Part shown: positions 46,336 to 53,519 of the stretch, piece by piece | Position numbering within the stretch: position 1 is the stretch's first letter | Layout of the letters: each line of letters starts with the position of its first letter | Source of the DNA: Ilumatobacteraceae bacterium | GTDB lineage: Bacteria > Actinomycetota > Acidimicrobiia > Acidimicrobiales > Ilumatobacteraceae | NCBI GenBank assembly: GCA_044342185.1 | Contig: JBIIQG010000001.1 | Coordinates: forward strand, 70,020-134,019 | Direction of reading: 5' to 3' | DNA: 64,000 nucleotides | Translations under genes and position numbers: made by a program | The notes under the pieces: generated by a model | The model's input: the letters and a program-made list of their open reading frames with translations, nothing else | Databases searched by the model: none | Told to the model about the DNA's origin: nothing

Positions 46336-47219
46336 TGCATGTGGGGCTGGCACCCATCAGCGATCTCATGGCATCACCCGATGTCTTAGAGATCATGGTG
46401 GTGAATGGCAGCGACGTCTGGGCGGAACGCGCTTCTGGTTTCTCTCACCACTGTTCGCTTTCTACTGCTGAACTCACGCTTCTCGTTGAGGGAATCAGTC
46501 GGCTCTCACATCGCCGAATTGATGCACTCTCCCCCATCCTTGACGCTCGACTGCCCGATGGTTCCCGCGCATGCGTTGTTCTTGCGCCCATAGCTCTTCA
46601 CGGCACCAGCATCAACATCCGCAAGTTTCCACAGCGCACACTTCCTCTTGCCGCTTTCGGGTCGGAACACCATTGCGAATTAGTCCGACAACTCGTCATC
46701 TCGCGAGCAAACGTTGTTGTCTCCGGAGAAACATCGTCGGGAAAAACATCACTTGTTTCTGCAGCAACAGAATGGTTCTCACCGCACGACCGTGTGGTGT
46801 GCGCAGAGGACACCGCCGAGATTCGATTTCGCCACCCGCACGTAGTGGCGCTACAAACCCGACCAGCAAACCAAGACGGAATGGGGGCAATCACATTGCA
46901 TGACTTGGTGCGCACATCTTTGCGTATGCGACCAGATCGTCTTGTAGTGGGAGAAGTGCGTGGTACCGAAGTGGTCGACATGTTGCTGGCACTCAGTTCG
47001 GGCCACTCTGGAAGTTGGACCACTGTTCATGCGTCGTCCGCCGATCACACCACACAGAGACTGGTGTCATTGGTTTTACGGCACCACCCGCAATGGACAC
47101 AACGTGATGCAACTGAATTAGTGCTCAGTGCCGTCACCGCGGTGGTACACATCACCCGACTCGCAAATGGTCGTCGCACAATTACCGCGGTTCGCTCCCT
47201 CACGGAGCATTCATGCTGA
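46335..47219 (+). CDS. TadA/CpaF-like secretion ATPase (short form)
   Basis: VVSGETSSGKTS Walker A, Asp/His boxes (VVGEVRG..., SGHSGSWTTVHA). 294 aa. Confidence 0.8.
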   Translation: MHVGLAPISDLMASPDVLEIMVVNGSDVWAERASGFSHHCSLSTAELTLLVEGISRLSHRRIDALSPILDARLPDGSRACVVLAPIALHGTSINIRKFPQRTLPLAAFGSEHHCELVRQLVISRANVVVSGETSSGKTSLVSAATEWFSPHDRVVCAEDTAEIRFRHPHVVALQTRPANQDGMGAITLHDLVRTSLRMRPDRLVVGEVRGTEVVDMLLALSSGHSGSWTTVHASSADHTTQRLVSLVLRHHPQWTQRDATELVLSAVTAVVHITRLANGRRTITAVRSLTEHSC

Positions 47220-48337
47220 GAATGACATACCAGGCATTACTCACGTGCAGTTTGGTGTGGGTACTCACACCCAGGCTTTTCGCACATGCAGACTCACGTC
47301 TCGCACGAGACCGTTTCATCAGACGCAACAATGTTGGAAGCACTCAGGCGCCAACACTGCCATCGGTACAGGAACTGTCACCAGCGGAATTCTGCGATGC
47401 ACTGGCGACTTCTGTACGCATGGGTGTGAACTCTTCTGAAGCATTCCACGACCATGCATGTCGACCGAATGCTCCGATGATCCTTCGCCACATTGTGCAA
47501 GAGAACAACCTCGAATCACTTGCTCTTGGGGATGCTCTCGTGGTGGTCCACCAAAACACACGTGGAACACCACACGAAAGTCTTGCTTTGTATCTGTTGT
47601 TGTCGTGTGAGTCAGGAACTCTTCATCCCGCCGCACTGTCTCTAGCAGCACAATGTTTACGCGATGACGACGCACAAAAAGCAGAGCTTCGTGTAGGAAC
47701 AGCCCACGCTCGGGTGACGGCCCGCATTCTCACATCGCTCCCCATTGTGTGCTTGTTCGTGGGGTGCCTTGCCTCGTCATCACTTCGACGTTCAGTTCTC
47801 ACTCCCGCGATTGTCATTGTTCTTGTACTCGGCATGACCATCAATGCGGCAGGTTGGTTCTGGATGCACCGCTTATCTGCGTCAATCAGTCGTACTTCAC
47901 GCCACAGTGAGTTTCAGCGGTTCACATTTGCTTTCTGTGTTGCCCTTCACGCAGGCCACTCTCTTGTTTCTGCGTGTACTACTTGGAGATACCTCTCTCC
48001 CATTGGAGACCACATTGCACGACAACTAGAAGAAGGCGTCTCCCTTCACGCAGCGCTCTCACCGCTCGCTGATAACTTCGGCCAGCCCGGGCACATGTTG
48101 TCACGAACTATTTCTGAATCTGCCGAAAGCGGCACCCCGGCCATCTCTGTTGCGGCACGATTACTCGCCGATGCTCGTAGTGATTCACGCCGTCACGTTG
48201 AGTTTCAACTTCGTCAGTTGCCCACCAAGTTGACATTGCCCATCGTGTTCTGCGTTCTTCCCGCATTTCTTTTAGTTGCACTCATGCCATTTGCTTTGGC
48301 CGGGCTTACATCACTTCCCTCCACAACGCTGACCTAA
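47213..48337 (+). CDS. fused TadB-TadC-like platform protein (two T2SS-F-like modules)
   Basis: 374 aa. Two successive cytoplasmic-domain-plus-TM modules (about residues 60-215 and 235-370). Confidence 0.6.
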   Translation: MLRMTYQALLTCSLVWVLTPRLFAHADSRLARDRFIRRNNVGSTQAPTLPSVQELSPAEFCDALATSVRMGVNSSEAFHDHACRPNAPMILRHIVQENNLESLALGDALVVVHQNTRGTPHESLALYLLLSCESGTLHPAALSLAAQCLRDDDAQKAELRVGTAHARVTARILTSLPIVCLFVGCLASSSLRRSVLTPAIVIVLVLGMTINAAGWFWMHRLSASISRTSRHSEFQRFTFAFCVALHAGHSLVSACTTWRYLSPIGDHIARQLEEGVSLHAALSPLADNFGQPGHMLSRTISESAESGTPAISVAARLLADARSDSRRHVEFQLRQLPTKLTLPIVFCVLPAFLLVALMPFALAGLTSLPSTTLT

Positions 48338-48347
48338 CGGGAGACGT

Positions 48348-48533
48348 ATGACTACTCAGAAGAATCGCGGGCAAGCCACGACCGAATATGCATTGGTATT
48401 GCTTGTCGCCGCCATTATTGCCACTCTTGTCATTGCGTGGGCCACAGCGGGTGGTGGTGCCGGAAAAATTGGATCACTGTTCGACAATGTGTTCGAGTCA
48501 ATTCTCTCTAAGGCCAATGCCCCTGTTGAGTAA
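48348..48533 (+). CDS. Flp-type pilin-like protein (DUF4244)
   Basis: 61 aa. KNRGQATTEYALVLLVAAIIA Flp-like processing/hydrophobic motif. Confidence 0.7.
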   Translation: MTTQKNRGQATTEYALVLLVAAIIATLVIAWATAGGGAGKIGSLFDNVFESILSKANAPVE

Positions 48534-48885
48534 GCAACGCGGCCAAGCAACTGTGGAGTTCGCCCTCGTCACACCATTAGTTCTGGCATGTGTTGCGCTG
48601 CTCGTGGGCACCACTGTGACCTGCTTGCAGTTCATCGCCTTGCACGACACCGCCCGTATCGCTGTTCGCGCCGCAATCACTGCAGATGACCCCGCAATGG
48701 CGGCACAAAATGCCATACAAAACCGAAACATCTCGGTGTCAGTCTCCGAAGACATTGTGCACGGCCATCTCACCGTGACGGCCAAGCGAACCGGTGGTCT
48801 GTGGTGGTTCGGCAAGTTCTTACCCACAGGAGTTCTGTCTCAATCCGTCACCATGATGCGCGAGGCACCGATTGTGCTTGGATGA
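48517..48885 (+). CDS. TadE-like pseudopilin
   Basis: RGQATVEFALVTPLVLACVALLV TadE N-terminal motif. Overlaps the pilin gene by 17 nt. Confidence 0.7.
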   Translation: MPLLSKQRGQATVEFALVTPLVLACVALLVGTTVTCLQFIALHDTARIAVRAAITADDPAMAAQNAIQNRNISVSVSEDIVHGHLTVTAKRTGGLWWFGKFLPTGVLSQSVTMMREAPIVLG

Positions 48886-48897
48886 AAAGGCATTAGC

Positions 48898-49236
48898 GTG
48901 AGACATATGGATTTGTCTCTTCGTCGTTCCCACGTGGGAGAACGCCACGTACTTGTGGTGGCGGGCGACATTGACATTGTCTCTATTCCCCGCTTTAACG
49001 ATGCACTCACCCGATTAGTAACGGATGGTCGCGGAACAAAAGTTGTTGTGGACCTTGACGGCGCAGGCCTTGTTGACGATGCCGGCTTTGGTTTGTTGCT
49101 GGGCGCAGCAGGCCGAGCACGAAACACGGGCGGAGACCTAGTGGTGGTATCAACCGAACCACGAATGCGTCAACGCCTTATTGACACGGGCTTTGATCGC
49201 GCCGTCACCGTTGTTGAATCCATTTCGGGTTCATAG
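48898..49236 (+). CDS. STAS-domain anti-sigma factor antagonist (BldG/SpoIIAA-like)
   Basis: 112 aa. VVDLDGAGLVDDAGFGLLLGA pattern. Position matches bldG near topA in other actinobacteria. Confidence 0.8.
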   Translation: MRHMDLSLRRSHVGERHVLVVAGDIDIVSIPRFNDALTRLVTDGRGTKVVVDLDGAGLVDDAGFGLLLGAAGRARNTGGDLVVVSTEPRMRQRLIDTGFDRAVTVVESISGS

Positions 49237-49259
49237 TTCTCTATAGCAAAAACACAGAA

Positions 49260-49288
49260 CAGCTGGAGCCCGCAATGGACTCCAGCTG
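49260..49288. terminator. perfect 9-bp stem hairpin (CAGCTGGAG-11 nt-CTCCAGCTG)
   Basis: Read directly. Lies in the 95-bp gap between convergent genes. No clear U-tract on either side. Confidence 0.4.
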
Positions 49289-49331
49289 CCTGAAGGGGAA
49301 ATCAATGTGTTGCCGTAGCGGCACGCACGAT

Positions 49332-50279
49332 TTATGCGTTGGCTGATGTGCCTTGTGCAGGTGCGGTACCGGGTTGAGCAGGTGCTTCGCCCATTGGACC
49401 GTGACTACGACCATGTCCACCGCGGCCATTGTGACCACCAGCAGGGCGAACGCCGTTCACCATGTCGTCAAGGCGAGTCTTGAACTCAGCAAGCTTTGCG
49501 TCGGCTTCGGCCTGTGTGTGCTTTCCAGATGCAACTTCTGCATCGAGATGTGCTGTGAAGTCAGATTCAAGAACTGCTTTCACATCGGCGATGTCAACGT
49601 TCTTTGCATCTGCGATTTGTTTGAGTGACTTTCCTGATTGAAGTTCCGTCTTCAGTTCTGCTTCGGTCAACTTCAACACGGTGGCAAGGTTTGCGGTAGC
49701 AAACTTTGCTGGACCATGTCCGCTGCGACGGCCATGATCTCCCCTGCCGCCACGTGGAGGCAAGCCATTCTTGTTCACCATTTCGGTAACGCGAGTTTGA
49801 AACTCAGCAAGCTTTGCGTCGGCTTCGGCCTGTGTGTGCTCACCCGATGCAACCTCCGCATCAAGGTGAGCCTTCACTGCCGCTGTCATTTTTGCGATAA
49901 CTGTGTCGATGTTGACGTTCTTTGCATCGGCTACTTGCTTGATGGACTTTCCGCCCTGAAGTTCTGTCTTCAGTTCTGCTTCGGTCATGCCAAGTGCTTC
50001 AGCAGCTGCGGCCAAGATTTGTGGGCGACTCTTCACTTCACCAGTTGATGTCTCTGCGGAATCTGCACTGACAGATCCTTCTACTTGTGGCGTTCCAAGA
50101 TTTGATGAATCTGTGGTGCCGCTACCAACAGCGTTGCCGTCTGCGACAGTGACTACCGCCGATGACGGACCTACAAACTGTGCACTTGCAAAACCGGTGA
50201 GACCAAGGACTGCCGCGCCTGTTGCGACGACGAGTCCGGAGGCCACTGCGACCTTTGCGAAACGGGAGTTGATTTTCAT
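49332..50279 (-). CDS. secreted protein with two 106-aa tandem repeats and His/Gly/Arg-rich spacers
   Basis: Signal peptide MKINSRFAKVAVASGLVVATGAAVLGLTGFASA. Repeat unit L(T)EAELKTELQ.GKS.KQ.ADAKNV.I...HLDAEVASG.HTQAEADAKLAEF.TR...MVN followed by GG(H/R)-rich tails. Confidence 0.6.
   Translation of the reverse strand: MKINSRFAKVAVASGLVVATGAAVLGLTGFASAQFVGPSSAVVTVADGNAVGSGTTDSSNLGTPQVEGSVSADSAETSTGEVKSRPQILAAAAEALGMTEAELKTELQGGKSIKQVADAKNVNIDTVIAKMTAAVKAHLDAEVASGEHTQAEADAKLAEFQTRVTEMVNKNGLPPRGGRGDHGRRSGHGPAKFATANLATVLKLTEAELKTELQSGKSLKQIADAKNVDIADVKAVLESDFTAHLDAEVASGKHTQAEADAKLAEFKTRLDDMVNGVRPAGGHNGRGGHGRSHGPMGEAPAQPGTAPAQGTSANA
49385..50010. repeat. 318-nt-period tandem duplication inside the CDS
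   Basis: A 40-nt identical run starts at 49483 and again at 49801. A 22-nt identical run starts at 49648 and again at 49966. Both offsets are exactly 318 nt. Confidence 0.85.
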
Positions 50280-50344
50280 GATGTGGGTTCTTTCTGTGTG
50301 TGGGTTTCACCAGGTGTTCCTGGCTGGACCCACTTTCACGCTCC

Positions 50345-50377
50345 TAGGTAAGGAGTAAACATGAGTTAGGTAAGAAG
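50345..50377. promoter_or_regulatory. direct repeat TAGGTAAGGAG / TAGGTAAGAAG spaced 22 nt, candidate response-regulator site
   Basis: Read directly in the divergent intergenic region between the repeat-protein gene and the OmpR-family regulator gene. Confidence 0.35.
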
Positions 50378-50436
50378 ACTTCAAGAATCCAGCCAAGGAT
50401 CATGAAACCCTTGTGTTCCATGGCTACGGTGAGGTC

Positions 50437-51120
50437 ATGGACACCCGAAAAGTACTCATTGCAGAGGATGATCCGGCCGTTCGTAAGGCTGTTCAACGGG
50501 TCCTAGAACTTGAGAACTACGAGGTCACCGCCGTTAACGATGGCCAGGCAGCTTTAGAAGCACTCAGTAAATCTCGCTTCGATCTTGCCGTCTTAGACGT
50601 CATGATGCCTTTCGCAGATGGCCTGACGGTGTGTCGTGAAGCCCGTCATCGTGGAGTGTTGACTCCCATCTTGTTGTTGACCGCACGCGTTGAAGTTGGC
50701 GACCGTGTTGCAGGTTTAGATGCCGGAGCCGACGACTACTTGGTAAAGCCTTTTGTCATTGATGAACTTCTCGCGCGATGTCGTGCACTTTTACGTCGTT
50801 CTGCGCCAAGCGCATCAACGTCGGTGTTGCGAGTTAGTGATCTCACATTGAACTCGCTCTCGCGCGAAGTAAAGCGTGGTGACCGTGAACTGGTTCTGAC
50901 GAAGACCGAGTTTGATTTATTAGAGCTGTTAATGCAGCGACCCAGCACAGTGATAACGCGTGAACAAATCTATGAAGCCATCTGGGGATACGACTTTGAA
51001 ACAAGTTCAAAGTCACTCGATGTGTACATCGGATACTTGCGACGCAAGACCGAAGAGAACGGTGAAAGTCGTGTTGTCTTCACTGTTCGTGGCGTGGGAT
51101 ACACGGTAAAAGAATCATGA
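50437..51120 (+). CDS. OmpR/PhoB-family response regulator
   Basis: Receiver domain (LIAEDD...LDVMMP...KPF) and winged-helix output (LTKTEFDLLELL...VRGVGY). Confidence 0.9.
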   Translation: MDTRKVLIAEDDPAVRKAVQRVLELENYEVTAVNDGQAALEALSKSRFDLAVLDVMMPFADGLTVCREARHRGVLTPILLLTARVEVGDRVAGLDAGADDYLVKPFVIDELLARCRALLRRSAPSASTSVLRVSDLTLNSLSREVKRGDRELVLTKTEFDLLELLMQRPSTVITREQIYEAIWGYDFETSSKSLDVYIGYLRRKTEENGESRVVFTVRGVGYTVKES

Positions 51121-52454
51121 ACCTTCGTACACGTTTTGTTCTCATTACCGCGAGTTTGGTGTTCGTACTTGCCACCGCAATGAGTATTGGTGCGTACCAA
51201 ATTGCCACAGCGCAGTTATCGCAACAAGTGAACGAGTCACTCAACAATCGCATCACGCGCATTCTTCAGATTGTTGCCGACCCACGATTCAGCTGGTCTG
51301 ACGCCTTTGGCCGCGGACCAGTGAACAGAGCAATTCTGGAAACAGAAACAGACTCAATTACGCAAGTTGTACTTCCTGATGGTCGAATTCTCGGACGTCA
51401 AGAGAACCCCACTCTTCCCATCACTGAAGCAGAACGTTCGTTGGTTCCTGGCGGATTAGAAGTAAGCCACGGCACAATCACTATCAATGGCCATCAGTTC
51501 AAAGTGTCGACAGTCGCGGCATCCGACGGAACACTCATTCAAGTTGCCAAAGACAATCAAATTGTTGTTGATGCCCAACAGGGAATGCGGTTATGGCTTC
51601 CTCTCTTCGCAATGATTGCTGTCCTCATCTCTGGTGCAGCCGGGTGGTTGTTTGCGCGTCGTATTAGTCAACCCATTGAGAATCTTGCTGAAACGGCTGA
51701 ATCTATTGCCGCGACACAAGACCTGAATCGCTCCATCGACGTCACCGGCAGTGATGAAGTGTCTCAATTAGGTCGCAGTTTCAACACAATGTTGGGTGCA
51801 CTTCGCGACAGTAGTGATCGCCAACGTCGACTCATTCAAGATGCAAGCCACGAGTTGCGTACTCCCCTCACAAGCTTGCGTGCAAATGCAGAGTTACTGG
51901 AACGCGCCGCACTGACCGAAGCAGATCGGGAATCTGTCCTGGCCGACATCAAAGCGGAAGTGGACGAACTAGTTGACCTCAGTGCAGAGTTGAACTCGCT
52001 GGCCACAGACCACCGCACAACAGAGAACGTAGAACGTATCGACCTTGCCGAATTGGCTAATGACATCGCAGCTCGAGCCGCACGCCGTACATCGGCTTCT
52101 GTCACTGTTCACGTCACAGACAATTCAGTAATTACTGCGCGACCTCACCAACTTGAACGCGCAATTTCAAATTTGCTGGACAATGCCATCAAGTTCAGTA
52201 ACGGAGAATCACCTGTTGAAATTCATGTAGGTGCTTTGCGTGTTGAAGTTCGAGACAGCGGCCCCGGAATTAGCGACGAAGACAAGCCGCTCATTTTCGA
52301 TCGCTTCTACCGATCTACCGCAACACGCTCAATGCCGGGCTCCGGTTTAGGGCTTGCCATCGTTGCTCAATGCGCTCACGACCATGGCGCGAGCGCCTAC
52401 GTATTAGACAACGCCGGTGGTGGCGCAATCGTCGGCATGCAGTTCGTGAACTAA
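51117..52454 (+). CDS. sensor histidine kinase (2 TM, HAMP, HisKA, HATPase_c)
   Basis: H-box SHELRTPLTSL, N-box LLDNAIKFS, G-boxes DSGPGI and GSGLGLAI. Confidence 0.9.
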   Translation: MNLRTRFVLITASLVFVLATAMSIGAYQIATAQLSQQVNESLNNRITRILQIVADPRFSWSDAFGRGPVNRAILETETDSITQVVLPDGRILGRQENPTLPITEAERSLVPGGLEVSHGTITINGHQFKVSTVAASDGTLIQVAKDNQIVVDAQQGMRLWLPLFAMIAVLISGAAGWLFARRISQPIENLAETAESIAATQDLNRSIDVTGSDEVSQLGRSFNTMLGALRDSSDRQRRLIQDASHELRTPLTSLRANAELLERAALTEADRESVLADIKAEVDELVDLSAELNSLATDHRTTENVERIDLAELANDIAARAARRTSASVTVHVTDNSVITARPHQLERAISNLLDNAIKFSNGESPVEIHVGALRVEVRDSGPGISDEDKPLIFDRFYRSTATRSMPGSGLGLAIVAQCAHDHGASAYVLDNAGGGAIVGMQFVN

Positions 52455-53437
52455 CGCGTTGGTTTGCGACGCACGCCGCGACGATCTTGTGCCCGTTCGC
52501 GTTCCAATTGCTCTTCTTCCACTGCAAATTCTTCTGCAACCAATCTGCGAAGAGACGTCAGGCGAATTTCTGGAAGAGTTTCATTCTCTATTGCGGCAAG
52601 AACTGCGCAATCTGGTTCGTCCATATGTTTACAGTCACGAAAACGACACTTCTCCGCAATGTCAAAGACATCTCGGAATGCACGTTCAATTCCTACACCG
52701 CTTGTCCACAACGTGACGGCGCGTAACCCAGGCGTGTCTAACAACCATGCACCACCCGGGAGAGCTATAAGTTCGGCCGCAACGGTGGTGTGTCGCCCTC
52801 TTTGATCGTCCTCGCGCACTTCGCCCGTGCGTTGCACTTCGTGACCTACTAGCGCATTCACCAATGTGGATTTGCCCACTCCACTTGCGCCAATAAACGC
52901 CACGGTGTCGCCCTCTGGGGCGTGCGCACGAATGGAGTCGAGGCCATCGCCTGTACGTGAACTGACAAGGACAATGTCGACATCTAATGCAACTTCGGCC
53001 AGTGATGCAGCAACGCTTTCTGCTTGTTCTGGCGTGACTGTGTCGGTTTTTGTGAGAACTACAACAGGTGTTGCCCCACTATCAAACGCCAACACCAACT
53101 CACGTTCCAATCGGCGTTGATTCACATCTGTGTTCACTGCGTGCACAACAAACACGGTGTCAATGTTGCTGGCAACAATTTGGCGAGTTCCACGTGCGCC
53201 TTCAAATGAACTTCTACGAGTGAGTGCACTTCGTCTTTCGTGAACAGACTCAATTCGTTCGTGATCGGCGCTGATAGTGACTCGATCACCAACCGCCACC
53301 TCAACACCCAAATTGCGCACTCGCACAACTTCTGCAGAATCGAGGCGAACTGTGCTCCACCCTCGATCGAGACGGGTCACGCGACCGAATAGCGCGGGGT
53401 CTCCCGGCGTCTCGGTATGTGTGACATGTGAACTCAT
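52451..53437 (-). CDS. rsgA: ribosome small-subunit-dependent GTPase A
   Basis: Circularly permuted GTPase: VLTKTD (G4) before GASGVGKSTLVNAL (G1). Zinc knuckle CRFRDCKHMDEPDCAV. Confidence 0.85.
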   Translation of the reverse strand: MSSHVTHTETPGDPALFGRVTRLDRGWSTVRLDSAEVVRVRNLGVEVAVGDRVTISADHERIESVHERRSALTRRSSFEGARGTRQIVASNIDTVFVVHAVNTDVNQRRLERELVLAFDSGATPVVVLTKTDTVTPEQAESVAASLAEVALDVDIVLVSSRTGDGLDSIRAHAPEGDTVAFIGASGVGKSTLVNALVGHEVQRTGEVREDDQRGRHTTVAAELIALPGGAWLLDTPGLRAVTLWTSGVGIERAFRDVFDIAEKCRFRDCKHMDEPDCAVLAAIENETLPEIRLTSLRRLVAEEFAVEEEQLERERAQDRRGVRRKPTR

Positions 53438-53519
53438 CTACAGAAACCGTACCGTTCATCTCCGTCTCCTGCGAGGGGACTGCCTAGCCTTTGCTTGCCC
53501 CCAAATCAAAGGACCCCCT

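Noticed and set aside
50353-50369. AAGGAG followed by ATGAGTTAG mini-ORF in the two-component-system promoter region
   Set aside because: The ORF is only two codons long. It is more economically explained as part of the direct-repeat element reported above.
53277-53519. 81-codon 5' extension of the MMPL ORF
   Set aside because: It is antisense to the rsgA 5' region and Arg/Ser/Thr-rich. GTG 53520 gives the usual short cytoplasmic N-terminus before TM1.
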